This document shows, one piece after another, positions 36,381 through 45,774 of a DNA stretch of 45,774 bases. The DNA comes from Terracidiphilus sp. (GTDB taxonomy: Bacteria > Acidobacteriota > Terriglobia > Terriglobales > Acidobacteriaceae), in NCBI GenBank assembly GCA_049582405.1, contig JBAUTX010000105.1:1-45774 (forward strand). Reading direction: 5' to 3'. Under the pieces are notes generated by a model. The model was not told the DNA's origin and did not search any database. It saw only the letters and a list, made by a program, of their open reading frames with translations. The translations under genes and the position numbers were made by a program. Within the stretch, counting starts at the first letter, position 1, and the number at the start of each line of letters is the position of its first letter.

Positions 36381-39300
36381 ATGTATCGATCGAAAACAGG
36401 AAGGCGAGTGGCACCGTTCGCCTTCGCCTTGTTCGTCCTCATGCTGTGCGCCATCAGCGTTCCTCGGGTCCATGCCCAAACCAGCCGAGCCACAGTCTCC
36501 GGCACTGTGCAGGACCCCACGGGAGCGCAGATCCCCAACGCGCAGGTCGTCATCACAAATGACGATACCGGCATCGCCCGTACCACCACGACCAACGATG
36601 CCGGCATTTACAACGCGCCCAGCATGCCTCCTGGCCGCTACACCATTCGCATTTCGGCCAAGGGCTTTGAAAGCCAGGTCCGCCGCGGAGTCGTTCTCAC
36701 CGTCGGCCAAGCTGCTCTCATCAACATCCAGCTCAAGCTCGGCAGCGTCGCCCAGGAAGTCGAGGTCCAGGAGAGCCCGGCCAGCGTCGACGTCACCACC
36801 TCCGAGCTCAGTAACGGTGTCAGCGGCAATTCAATGCGCGAGCTGCCTCTCAACGGCCGCTCGTGGACCGACCTGGCAACCCTCTCGCCGGGCGTCACCG
36901 CCATCGTCACGCAGCCGCCCATCAGCGCTCCAGACCGCATGAAGCGCGGCCTCGGTTCCGAACTCAGCATCGCCGGTGGGCGCCCGCAGCAGAACAGCTA
37001 CCTGCTCGACGGCATCAACATCAACGATTACTCCAACGCCGGACCCGGCAGCGTGCTCGGCGGTAACCTCGGCGTTGACGCTCTCCAGGAATTCACCGTC
37101 GTCACCACCAACCCCACCGCGCAGTATGGCCGCACCGCCTCAGGTGTGATCAGCGCGGTCACTCGCTCAGGAACCAACAAGTTCCACGGCAGCGCCTACG
37201 AGTTCGTCCGAAATGCTGCCATGGACGCGCGCAACTACTTTGACCCAGCGCAAATACCCGACTTCACCCGCAACCAGTACGGTGCATCCTTTGGCGGTCC
37301 TATCCAGAAAGACAAGACTTTCATCTTTGGCGATTACGAAGGCGTCCGGCAAAACCTCGGCATCTCCGTTCTGGACGTAGTCCCCTCAGCCACCGCGCGC
37401 GCTGGCCTGCTCACGACTGGCACGGTGACCCCAGACCCCAGCGTCGTCGCGTTTATCAATGCCTTCTATCCTCTCCCCAATACCGGACCGGTTCAGGGTG
37501 ACGTAGGCAACTACACCTTCCCCGCGTATCAGGTCACAAGCGAGGAATTTTTCACCGTCAAGCTGGACCATACTTTTTCCACGGCTGATTCCGTGGCCGT
37601 CGTCTACATGTATGACAATGCGCCCAGCCAGCAGCCAGACGAGTTTAACAACAAGAGCATCTTGAGCAAGACCGTCCGGCAAACGGTCTCTGTCCTTGAA
37701 ACGCACATTCTGTCACCTCAGAGCGTCAACTCCGTGCATATCGGATTCAATCGCGATAACGCCGGATCACCCTATGCCGCCAACGCTGTGAAACCCGCCG
37801 CAGCCAGCCCGCAGTACGGCTTCCAACCCGGCGACACCGCCGGCATCGTCCAGGTGCCCGGACTCACATCCTTCAGCGGAGGCATCAGCGCAGCCAGCCC
37901 GCTCCTCTTCCGCTGGAACTCCTTCCAGGGTTACGATGACTTCTCCCGCACGCAGGGTATTCAGACTCTCACCATGGGCGCCAGCATCGAGCGCATTCAA
38001 GACAATCAGGAGTCTTCTGACGCGCCGGGCGGAATCTTCGGATTCGACTCTCTGTCGGACTTCCTGACGAACAACCCCTTGTCGTTCATTACGACGCTTC
38101 CCAGCACACTCACTCCGCGTAACCTGCGCCAGACGATCTTCGGCGCGTACATCCAGGACGATGTCCGCGTCAAGCCGAGCTTCACTCTGAACCTGGGCCT
38201 CCGTTATGAAATCTCCAGCGTGCCGTATGAGATTAACGGCAAGCTATCCAACCTGCGCATCCTTCAGGGTGACACGCCTTACACGGGGAACCCGTACATC
38301 AAGAATCCAACGTTCAAGAACTTCGAGCCGAAAGTAGGGTTCGCGTGGGATCCATTTGGAGACGGGAAAACGTCCGTGCGAAGTGCCTTCGGCATCTACG
38401 ATGTGCTTCCCTACATTGTGGAAATGGGGAGTGGTGTCGATGCCGCCTATCCCTTTGCGCAGGACGCCAGCACCTCGAACCTGCCTGGGGGTACCTTCCC
38501 TACCGGCGCCTACCAGATCGTCGCCAACAACCCTGCCGACCGCAACTACTACGTTCTTCAATACCACCCTCCGCGCAACTACATCATGATGTGGAACCTG
38601 AACGTGCAGCGTGAACTCGCCGCCAACACGACCCTCCTGGTTGGCTATGTCGGGTCGCGCGGCATCCATAACTGGTACCAGACGGACGACGGGAACATCG
38701 TGCTGCCCACTTATGATGCAAGTACCGACGGCTGGTACTGGCCCACCCCCATCGGCAGCGGCACGGTCGTCGATCCGCTGGTCGGGCAGACGCTCGACGC
38801 ACGTTGGAACGGCATGTCCTACTTCAACGGCCTGGAGACGCAGTTAACACAGGCCTTGACGCATGGCATCCAAAGCCAGGCCGCATACACCTTCTCACGC
38901 TGCATCGATACAAGCTCCGGCTCGGCCGCATCCGACCAGTACAGAAACTCGCTCAACGTTGACCTCTACATCGCGCCCAGAACCCACCGCGGCCTGTGCG
39001 ACACCAACATCAGCCAGGACCTCTCCGTCAACACCATGTGGAGCGTGCCCGGGGCTCAGACTCTGCACGGATTCAGCCACTGGGCCACGAACGGATGGCA
39101 GCTTGGCGGCATCTTCACTGCCAGCACCGGCCCGCCCTTCAGCGTCACGATCGGCGGCGACCCGCTCGGCACCAACGCGGCCGTCCCCTTCGACTTTCCT
39201 GACAGACTCAAGAACCCCGGCTGTCACTCACTCGTAACCGGCAACCCCAATGCGGACATCAAGCTCAGCTGCTTTGCTTTTCCCAATCCGGTCAATCGAA

Positions 39301-39578
39301 TGGGGAACGCGGGCCGCAATGAACTACTCGGCCCCGGCATCATCAACTTCGACTTATCCGCCTACAAAAACACCCCGCTTGAGTGGTTCAGGCCGGGGGC
39401 CAACCTGCAGTTCCGCGCTGAGATTTACAACCTCTTCAATCACACAGACTTCTCAGCGCCAACCAATAACTTCCAGATCTATGACGGATCCGGAAACCCT
39501 GTCCCCTTCGCCGGCCTCATCGATCAAACCACCATGACGTCCAGGCAGGTACAACTCGCGGTCAAACTTACTTTCTGA
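36381..39578 (+). CDS. TonB-dependent receptor (carboxypeptidase-regulatory N-domain, Oar-like barrel)
   Basis: GGGAGG RBS; signal peptide AHA-like; VSGTVQDPTGAQIPNA, LPLNGR, LLDGININD, TRSGTNKFHGSAYEF, LNLGLRYE, C-terminal RQVQLAVKLTF. Confidence 0.93.
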   Translation: MYRSKTGRRVAPFAFALFVLMLCAISVPRVHAQTSRATVSGTVQDPTGAQIPNAQVVITNDDTGIARTTTTNDAGIYNAPSMPPGRYTIRISAKGFESQVRRGVVLTVGQAALINIQLKLGSVAQEVEVQESPASVDVTTSELSNGVSGNSMRELPLNGRSWTDLATLSPGVTAIVTQPPISAPDRMKRGLGSELSIAGGRPQQNSYLLDGININDYSNAGPGSVLGGNLGVDALQEFTVVTTNPTAQYGRTASGVISAVTRSGTNKFHGSAYEFVRNAAMDARNYFDPAQIPDFTRNQYGASFGGPIQKDKTFIFGDYEGVRQNLGISVLDVVPSATARAGLLTTGTVTPDPSVVAFINAFYPLPNTGPVQGDVGNYTFPAYQVTSEEFFTVKLDHTFSTADSVAVVYMYDNAPSQQPDEFNNKSILSKTVRQTVSVLETHILSPQSVNSVHIGFNRDNAGSPYAANAVKPAAASPQYGFQPGDTAGIVQVPGLTSFSGGISAASPLLFRWNSFQGYDDFSRTQGIQTLTMGASIERIQDNQESSDAPGGIFGFDSLSDFLTNNPLSFITTLPSTLTPRNLRQTIFGAYIQDDVRVKPSFTLNLGLRYEISSVPYEINGKLSNLRILQGDTPYTGNPYIKNPTFKNFEPKVGFAWDPFGDGKTSVRSAFGIYDVLPYIVEMGSGVDAAYPFAQDASTSNLPGGTFPTGAYQIVANNPADRNYYVLQYHPPRNYIMMWNLNVQRELAANTTLLVGYVGSRGIHNWYQTDDGNIVLPTYDASTDGWYWPTPIGSGTVVDPLVGQTLDARWNGMSYFNGLETQLTQALTHGIQSQAAYTFSRCIDTSSGSAASDQYRNSLNVDLYIAPRTHRGLCDTNISQDLSVNTMWSVPGAQTLHGFSHWATNGWQLGGIFTASTGPPFSVTIGGDPLGTNAAVPFDFPDRLKNPGCHSLVTGNPNADIKLSCFAFPNPVNRMGNAGRNELLGPGIINFDLSAYKNTPLEWFRPGANLQFRAEIYNLFNHTDFSAPTNNFQIYDGSGNPVPFAGLIDQTTMTSRQVQLAVKLTF

Positions 39579-39589
39579 CCTCCTCCGGC

Positions 39590-39630
39590 TGCGACGCGGA
39601 GCACATGCTTCCCTCGTGCTCCGCGTCGCA
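39590..39630. other. Perfect 15-bp intergenic stem-loop without a U-tract
   Basis: TGCGACGCGGAGCAC - 11-nt loop - GTGCTCCGCGTCGCA, between the receptor stop and the dctA start. Confidence 0.75.
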
Positions 39631-39668
39631 ACTCGCAATGCACCCGCTCGTACTATGCCCACGGAGTC

Positions 39669-41048
39669 ATGGAAGAGATCATGAACAGTCCCAGTGTCGC
39701 GCAGGAACACCCGCGCAGCCGGTGGATCAGCAGCCTCTGGTTGCAGGTCCTCGTCGCCATCGCTCTCGGAATCGCCGTCGGCCGTTTTGCACCCGCACAG
39801 GCCGTCGCGCTCAAGCCCCTCGGAGACGGATTCATCCGCCTCATCACCATGGTGATCACCCTCATCATCTTCTGCACCGTGGTCACCGGCATCGCCGGCA
39901 TGCAGGACATCCGCAAGGTCGGCCGCGTCGGCGGAAAAGCCCTGCTCTACTTCGAAATCGTCTCCACCCTTGCCCTCCTCATCGGCCTCGCCGTCGCTGA
40001 CGTCGTCCAGCCCGGCAAAGGCTTCAACGTCAACCCCGCCACCCTCGACGCAAAGGCCCTCGCCGGCTACACGGTCCAGGCTCGGGCGCAAAGCGTTTCA
40101 GACTTCGTCTTCAACATCATTCCCGATACCGTCATCGGCTCATTCGCTCGCGGAAGCATCCTCCAGGTCGTCCTCATCGCCGTCCTCTTCGGCTTTGCCA
40201 TCGCCGCCATGGGCAGGCGTGCGGAGATCCTCCTCACTCCCATCCGCGCTCTCACCCAGGCCATCTTTGGCGTCGTCAACATCATCATGTTCCTCGCCCC
40301 GGTCGGCGCTTTTGGTGCCATCGCCTTCACCGTCGGCCGCTACGGCCTCCATTCGCTCGATCCCCTTGGCAAACTCATTCTCACCTTCTGCTGTTCCTGC
40401 ATTCTCTTCGTCTTCCTCATTCTCGGAGCTGTTGCGCGCATCTCCGGCTTCAGCATCACCCGCTTCCTGCTCTACTTCCGCGATGAACTCATCCTCGTCC
40501 TCGGCACCGCTTCCTCTGAGACGGCCCTGCCCGGCCTGATGCGAAAGCTCGAAGAGATCGGCTGCTCCAAAGCTGTCGTCGGCCTCGTCGTGCCTACCGG
40601 CTACACCTTCAACACCGACGGCAGCAGCCTCTACATCACCATGGCCGCTCTCTTTGTCGCCCAGGCCACCAACACCCACCTCACCCTCACGCAGCAGCTC
40701 ACCGTCTTCGCCGTCGCCGTCCTCACCTCCAAGGGCGCCAGCGGCGTGCAGGGCGCAGGCTTCATCGCCCTCGCCGGAACGCTCATGGTCGTCCCCTCCA
40801 TCCCCGTCGCGGGCATGGCTCTGCTGCTCGGCATTGACCGCTTCCTCAGCACCTTCCGCGCGCTCATCAACATGATCGGCAACGGCGTCGCCACCATCGT
40901 CATCGCCCTGTCCGAGCACGAGCTCGATGCCGCCTCGCTGCGCGCCGCCATCGCGCGTTCCCCCTTGCCAGCTTTCGCGTCCATCGACGACACTGCAGCC
41001 GAACCCATCCTGACTCTCAATGAAGCCACTGAGAAAGAAATGCCATGA
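39669..41048 (+). CDS. dctA: C4-dicarboxylate:H+ symporter (DAACS family)
   Basis: [86 protein letters not shown]. Confidence 0.9.
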   Translation: MEEIMNSPSVAQEHPRSRWISSLWLQVLVAIALGIAVGRFAPAQAVALKPLGDGFIRLITMVITLIIFCTVVTGIAGMQDIRKVGRVGGKALLYFEIVSTLALLIGLAVADVVQPGKGFNVNPATLDAKALAGYTVQARAQSVSDFVFNIIPDTVIGSFARGSILQVVLIAVLFGFAIAAMGRRAEILLTPIRALTQAIFGVVNIIMFLAPVGAFGAIAFTVGRYGLHSLDPLGKLILTFCCSCILFVFLILGAVARISGFSITRFLLYFRDELILVLGTASSETALPGLMRKLEEIGCSKAVVGLVVPTGYTFNTDGSSLYITMAALFVAQATNTHLTLTQQLTVFAVAVLTSKGASGVQGAGFIALAGTLMVVPSIPVAGMALLLGIDRFLSTFRALINMIGNGVATIVIALSEHELDAASLRAAIARSPLPAFASIDDTAAEPILTLNEATEKEMP

Positions 41049-42112
41049 GTAGAATCAGCCCTGCATCCCGCCGCAGCTTTCTCGGCCACTCCGCGCTGCT
41101 GCTCGCCGGCGGCGCGTCCGCCTCCATCCGCACCGCCGCGGGGCAGTCATCCCCGGCACAGAACACCGCCGAACCCATTCATGCCCACGAATACTGGGCC
41201 CAACGCGGCAGCATTCGCCTCTATGTCTACCGCAAATGCGCTGGCTCCGTGCAGCCCGGCCGCTCCACCCGGCCGATCCTGTTCCTTGCACACGGCTCCT
41301 CCGTCTCCTCGCGTCCCACCTTCGATCTCTCCGTCCCAGGCCACGGCGAATACTCCCTCATGGATGTCTTCGCGCGCTACGGTTTCGATGTCTGGACCAT
41401 GGACTTCGAAGGCTACGGACATTCCTCGCCCAGCGCGGGCAACTCCAACGTTGCTGACGGCGCCGCAGACATCCAGGCCGCGGCCAAGATCCTCACGCGC
41501 GAAACTGGCCAGTCCAGCTTTCATCTCTACGGCGAGTCCGGTGGCGCTCTTCGCGCCGCAGCCTTCGCCATGGCCCAGCCCCACAGCGTCCGCCGTCTCG
41601 CGCTCTCCGCCTTCACCTGGACCGGCAAGGGCTCGCCCACTCTCACCAGGCGCGCAGAGAAGAGTGACGACTACCGCACCCACAACACCCGCCCTCGTGA
41701 TCGCAACATGATCCGCAGCATCTTCACCCGCGACAAGCCCGGCACCTCCGACCCCGCTGTCGCCGAAGCTATGGCCGATGCCGAGCTTCCCTTCGGCACG
41801 CAGGTCCCCACCGGCACCTATCTCGATATGACCACCAGGCTGCCCCTCATCGATCCCGCGCGGCTCACCATGCCCGTGCAGATCCTTCGCGGCCAGTACG
41901 ACGGCATCGCCACGGAGAGCGACCTGCTCAACTTCTTCCAGCTTCTGCCCGTGCCCGACCGCCAGTTCGTCGTTCTTCCAGGGGCCGCGCACCTCGTCGC
42001 TCTCGGCACCAACCGCCGCCAGTTCTGGCATGTCCTCCGCGCCTTCCTCGACATGCCGCCCACACTCTCCGCACCGGATCTCGCCACGCACAGCGAAGGG
42101 TCGCGCCCATGA
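41045..42112 (+). CDS. Tat-exported alpha/beta hydrolase
   Basis: SRRSFLG signal; FLAHGS, DFEGYG, nucleophile elbow GESGG, GQYDGI (Asp), PGAAHL (His); ATGA overlap with dctA. Confidence 0.85.
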   Translation: MSRISPASRRSFLGHSALLLAGGASASIRTAAGQSSPAQNTAEPIHAHEYWAQRGSIRLYVYRKCAGSVQPGRSTRPILFLAHGSSVSSRPTFDLSVPGHGEYSLMDVFARYGFDVWTMDFEGYGHSSPSAGNSNVADGAADIQAAAKILTRETGQSSFHLYGESGGALRAAAFAMAQPHSVRRLALSAFTWTGKGSPTLTRRAEKSDDYRTHNTRPRDRNMIRSIFTRDKPGTSDPAVAEAMADAELPFGTQVPTGTYLDMTTRLPLIDPARLTMPVQILRGQYDGIATESDLLNFFQLLPVPDRQFVVLPGAAHLVALGTNRRQFWHVLRAFLDMPPTLSAPDLATHSEGSRP

Positions 42113-43602
42113 GCGACGATCTCAGTCCGCTCGCTCCTGCTCTGCATTGGTCGCGCCGCCACTTCCTTGCGTGCTCCGCGCTCTTTTCTGCCGCGCCCGC
42201 CATGCTGTCTGCCTCCATGCCCAGCACGCAGGCAGCCGCGCCGGTCACGCGCATCCTCTCCGAGTGGCTCGCCCAGTCCAAACCGGCTGACATCCCCGCC
42301 GATGCGCGCAAAGAAGCGGTCCGTTCCATCGTCAACTGGCTCGGCGTCACGCTCGGCGGCTCCTCCCAACCCGCCGTCGCCATCGCGCTGCAGACCCTTG
42401 CGCCCTTTCAGCCCGTCTCCGGCGCAGCGCTCTTTGCGCGCGCCGAACGCCCCGATGCCCTCCGCGCCGCACTCATCAACGGCATCAGCTCCCACGTGCT
42501 CGACTTCGACGATACGGATCTCCGCACCATCATTCATCCCGCCGGCCCCGTCGCCTCCGCGCTCTTCGCCCTCTGCCAGATTCATCCCCTCACCGGCGCG
42601 GAATTCCTGCACGCCTTCGTCCTCGGCGTCGAAATCGAGTGCCGCCTCGGCCTCGCCATCTACCCCTCTCACTACGACATGGGATGGCACATCACCGGCA
42701 CCTGTGGAACCTTCGGCGCCGCCGCCGCCTGCGCCAAAGCTCTCGCCCTCGACGCCACTGGAATCCAGATGGCCCTTGGCATCGCCGCTACGGAGGCCGC
42801 CGGCCTCAAAGTCACCTTTGGAAGCATGAGCAAGAGCCTCAACATCGGTCGCGCCGCAGAAAACGGCATGTTCGCCGCACTGCTCGCCGCCCGCGGCTTC
42901 ACTGCCGCGCCAGACTCCCTTGAAGGCAAAGGCGGCTACATCCTCGCGGCATCCACCATGCACCAGGACGAAGCCCTCATCCAGTGCCTCGGCCAGGCTT
43001 ACGCCATCCGCCGCAATACGTACAAACCCTTTGCCTGCGGCATCGTGCTGCATCCTGCCATCGATGCCGTCCTTCAACTGCGCAAGCAGTTCCACATTTC
43101 GCCCCAAAGCGTCGAGTCCATCACCGTGCACGCCAATCCGCAGGTTCTCCAGCTCACCGGCAAAGCGCACCCGCGCGACGGCCTCGAATCCAAATTCAGC
43201 GTGTACCACGCTGTCGCCGCCGCCCTCGTGCTCGGTTACGCCGGCACCGCCGAGTTCTCTGACGCTGCCGTCGGCAATCCAGCCGTAGCCTCATTGCGCC
43301 AGCGCGTCAAGGTCGTCACAGACCCCGCCATTCGCACCGACGAGGCCACAGTCGCAATCCTCTCCTCCGATGGCCGTACCTTTGAAAAGCACATCGACCA
43401 CGCCATCGGCAGCCTCGACCGTCCTCTCACCGACGCCGAGCTCAATGAGAAGTACAGGCGCCTCGCCGAAGGCATCCTGCCGTCCGCGCAAAGCGAAAAG
43501 CTCCTTGCCCTCGCCTGGAATCTCGAACAGTCTGCCGACGTCGCCGCGCTCCCGCGTCTCGCCGCGCCGCCAAACTCATCCGCGCCAGAGGCCAGGTCAT
43601 GA
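42109..43602 (+). CDS. Tat-exported MmgE/PrpD family protein
   Basis: SRRHFLA signal; NGISSHVLDFDDT, IHP, HYDMGWHITGT, YKPFACGIVLHP, SKFS; ATGA overlap. Confidence 0.9.
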   Translation: MSDDLSPLAPALHWSRRHFLACSALFSAAPAMLSASMPSTQAAAPVTRILSEWLAQSKPADIPADARKEAVRSIVNWLGVTLGGSSQPAVAIALQTLAPFQPVSGAALFARAERPDALRAALINGISSHVLDFDDTDLRTIIHPAGPVASALFALCQIHPLTGAEFLHAFVLGVEIECRLGLAIYPSHYDMGWHITGTCGTFGAAAACAKALALDATGIQMALGIAATEAAGLKVTFGSMSKSLNIGRAAENGMFAALLAARGFTAAPDSLEGKGGYILAASTMHQDEALIQCLGQAYAIRRNTYKPFACGIVLHPAIDAVLQLRKQFHISPQSVESITVHANPQVLQLTGKAHPRDGLESKFSVYHAVAAALVLGYAGTAEFSDAAVGNPAVASLRQRVKVVTDPAIRTDEATVAILSSDGRTFEKHIDHAIGSLDRPLTDAELNEKYRRLAEGILPSAQSEKLLALAWNLEQSADVAALPRLAAPPNSSAPEARS

Positions 43603-45113
43603 CCACCCCACTCGGCCCAGTGCCCCTTCGTTCTGCCGCGCAACACTTCACTGCGCCCGCGCTCACGCGCCGCAACCTCCTGCGCCTCGCCGGCCTCACC
43701 TGTGCCGCCGCTCCGCTTTCATCTTTCGCTCAGGCCGTCGCGGCGCCTGTCAGCCCTGTCATGTCCGCCCTCAGCAGTTACATGGCGCAGGCCGCGCAGA
43801 AGCCACTCCCTGAAAACATCCTCGAGCTCGCCAAGCAGCATGTGCTCGACACCTTCGCCGCCATGATCTCCGGCTCCCGTCTCGGCCCCGGCATCGCCGC
43901 GCTCCGCTTTGCGCAGGCCTCCGGCAGCGCCGGCCCCTGCACCCTCGCCGCTTCCCGCCTGCAGACCGATGCCCTCATGGCCGCCTTCACCAACGGCATG
44001 CTCGCCCACAGCGACGAGACCGACGATTCCCACTCGCCCTCGCTCTCGCATCCCGGCTGCGCCGTCGTGCCGGCCGCTCTCGCCGCCGCCCAGTTCCTTC
44101 AGGTCGATGGCTCCCGCTTCCTTCGTGCCGTTGTGCTCGGCTATGACGTCGGGCCCCGCGTCTCCACCTCCCTCGGAGCCATTGACTACCAGGCCTCATC
44201 CCACCGCAGTTCCCACGCCATCGCCGGCGTCTTCGGCGCCGCCGCCGCTGCCGGCTCCTGCGCCTCGCTCTCCGCGCAGCAGATGCGCTGGCTGCTCGAC
44301 TACACCGCACAGCAGACCTCCGGCATTGCCGCCTGGCAGCGCGACACCGCTCACATAGAGAAGGCCTTCGTCTTCGCAGGCATGCCCGCCCGAGCAGGCC
44401 TCACCTCCGCCCTCCTCGTCCACTCCGGCTGGCCCGGTATCGACGACATCTTCTCCGGCCCCGACAACTTCTTCGCCGCCTTCGGCCCCGGCGCGCAACC
44501 CGCCACGCTCATTGACCAGCTCGGCACGCGCTATGAGGTCGCGCGTACCAACATCAAGAAGTGGTCCGTCGGTTCGCCTGTCCAGGCCTCGCTCGATGCC
44601 CTTGAAAGCATCCTCCGCGCCCATCCCCTCAAGCCCGGTCAGGTCGCATCCATCCAGGTGCAGGTGGCCTCCAAGGAAGCATCCGTCGTCAACAACCGCG
44701 CCATGCCCGACGTCTGCCTGCAGCACCTCATCGCCGTCATGCTCATCGACGGCACCGTCTCCTTCCGCGCCGCGCACGACCTCGCCCGTATGTCCGAACC
44801 CGCTACGCTCGCCCAGCGCCGCAAGGTACAGCTCATTCCATCCACCGAACTCGACGCCGCACTGCCCCGAAGAGAAGCCATCGTCACCGTCACGCTCACC
44901 AGCGGCCAGTCTTACGTCCAGCGCATCAACGATGTCCGCGGCACCGCGCAGAACCCCATGACATGGCAGGAAATCGACGCCAAATGCCGGGACCTCATCG
45001 CTCCCGTGCTCGGCTCGCAGCAGGCCGCCGCCATCCTCCAGCAGGCGCACAGCCTCGAGCGCTGCCCGAACATGCGTGCCTGGCAATCGCTTCTTCAGGC
45101 CACCACCGCCTGA
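43599..45113 (+). CDS. Tat-exported MmgE/PrpD family protein (divergent paralog)
   Basis: TRRNLLR signal; NGMLAHSDETDDSH, SHPG, VVLGYDVG, RGTAQNPM; ATGA overlap. Confidence 0.88.
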   Translation: MTTPLGPVPLRSAAQHFTAPALTRRNLLRLAGLTCAAAPLSSFAQAVAAPVSPVMSALSSYMAQAAQKPLPENILELAKQHVLDTFAAMISGSRLGPGIAALRFAQASGSAGPCTLAASRLQTDALMAAFTNGMLAHSDETDDSHSPSLSHPGCAVVPAALAAAQFLQVDGSRFLRAVVLGYDVGPRVSTSLGAIDYQASSHRSSHAIAGVFGAAAAAGSCASLSAQQMRWLLDYTAQQTSGIAAWQRDTAHIEKAFVFAGMPARAGLTSALLVHSGWPGIDDIFSGPDNFFAAFGPGAQPATLIDQLGTRYEVARTNIKKWSVGSPVQASLDALESILRAHPLKPGQVASIQVQVASKEASVVNNRAMPDVCLQHLIAVMLIDGTVSFRAAHDLARMSEPATLAQRRKVQLIPSTELDAALPRREAIVTVTLTSGQSYVQRINDVRGTAQNPMTWQEIDAKCRDLIAPVLGSQQAAAILQQAHSLERCPNMRAWQSLLQATTA

Positions 45114-45164
45114 GGGCCGTCTGAACCCAAGCCGCAAACCATTCATCGAGTTCAGGAGAACGAA

Positions 45165-45774
45165 ATGCCCCGCATCCTGCCCCATCCACAAGACGAAACC
45201 CCACTCTCCAGAAGAGGATTCCTCACCGCCGCCTCTTCGGCGTTCGCCGCCTCCACGCTCGCCGGCCTCACCGCCAGCGCGCAGTCCGATCCGCAACACC
45301 CCGCATCCCACCCCATCGCCACAGACCCTGCGCAGAATAACCTGCCGCTGCTCACTGAAAATCCCAGCTCCAACACACCTCCGCCCACCGATCACGGCGA
45401 CCTCGGCCCGCTCTGGCACTCCTTCAATCTCGTCCACAAGCGCGTTGAAGCCGGCGGCTGGACGCGTCAGGTCACCCAGCGTGAACTTCCCCTCTCCACT
45501 GAGGTCGCCGGCGTGAACATGCGCCTTGAAGCCGGCAGCTTCCGCGAACTCCACTGGCACACCGCAGGCGAGTGGGCCTACATGCTCTACGGCACCGCAC
45601 GCGTCACCGTCCTCCGCCCCGACGGCGCTCTGTTCATCGACGACGTCGCCAAGGGCGGAATCTGGTTCTTCCCCGCCGGCTATCCGCACTCCATCCAAGG
45701 ACTCGGTCCCGACGGCTGCGAATTTCTGCTCGTCTTCGACGAAGGCGCCTTCTCTGAAGAAAACACCTTCCTGC
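45165..45774 (+). CDS. Tat-exported oxalate decarboxylase-family bicupin (truncated by window end)
   Basis: CAGGAG RBS, ATG 45165; manual translation gives SRRGFL signal, GGWTRQVT, GVNMRL, RELHWHTAGEWAYM, FPAGYPHSIQG, FLLVFDEGAFSEENTF. Not in the ORF track because no stop lies in the window. Confidence 0.88.
   Translation, partial: MPRILPHPQDETPLSRRGFLTAASSAFAASTLAGLTASAQSDPQHPASHPIATDPAQNNLPLLTENPSSNTPPPTDHGDLGPLWHSFNLVHKRVEAGGWTRQVTQRELPLSTEVAGVNMRLEAGSFRELHWHTAGEWAYMLYGTARVTVLRPDGALFIDDVAKGGIWFFPAGYPHSIQGLGPDGCEFLLVFDEGAFSEENTFL

Noticed and set aside
41818..45698. Long minus-strand ORFs (463 aa, 500 aa) and similar ones elsewhere (1423-2658, 12103-13278, 26822-28357, 30321-31742)
   Set aside because: Antisense to well-supported genes; expected in high-GC DNA with biased third positions.
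1..45774. CRISPR array, rRNA, reverse transcriptase or prophage structural genes
   Set aside because: No regularly spaced repeat-spacer units, rRNA-like stretches, RT motifs or virion genes were seen.

Overview
High-GC bacterial chromosome segment; gene content (Oar-like TonB-dependent receptor, wHTH/kinase-TolB-like-TPR proteins, many Tat substrates) suggests Acidobacteriota (inference). Left part (0-16 kb) is mostly housekeeping: envelope genes (beta-barrel, M48-like protein, TonB), galE, hutU-hutI, usp, glmS, purS, ppa, an APC permease and tRNA-Ser(GCT). Between tRNA-Ser(GCT) (15810) and tRNA-Ser(CGA) (32608) lie a glycan-use block (DUF2264-like, two Gfo/Idh/MocA, GH20, GH29) and the most unusual element. 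That element is a candidate RiPP/signalling locus: a cyclase-less LanM-type (DUF4135) dehydratase, a 67-aa Cys-free peptide, a heme-oxygenase-like diiron enzyme, a Ser/Thr kinase-TPR protein, a papain-like peptidase and an FHA-GAF-PP2C phosphatase. It is followed by a decayed tyrosine-integrase fragment, absent from the ORF track, that abuts the tRNA. Right of the tRNA are an IS630 remnant, a switch in strand base skew, and a regulator/TonB-dependent receptor/dctA locus with four Tat-exported enzymes (alpha/beta hydrolase, two MmgE/PrpD proteins, and an oxalate-decarboxylase bicupin running off the window end). All assignments are from motif reading by eye; no searches were run.
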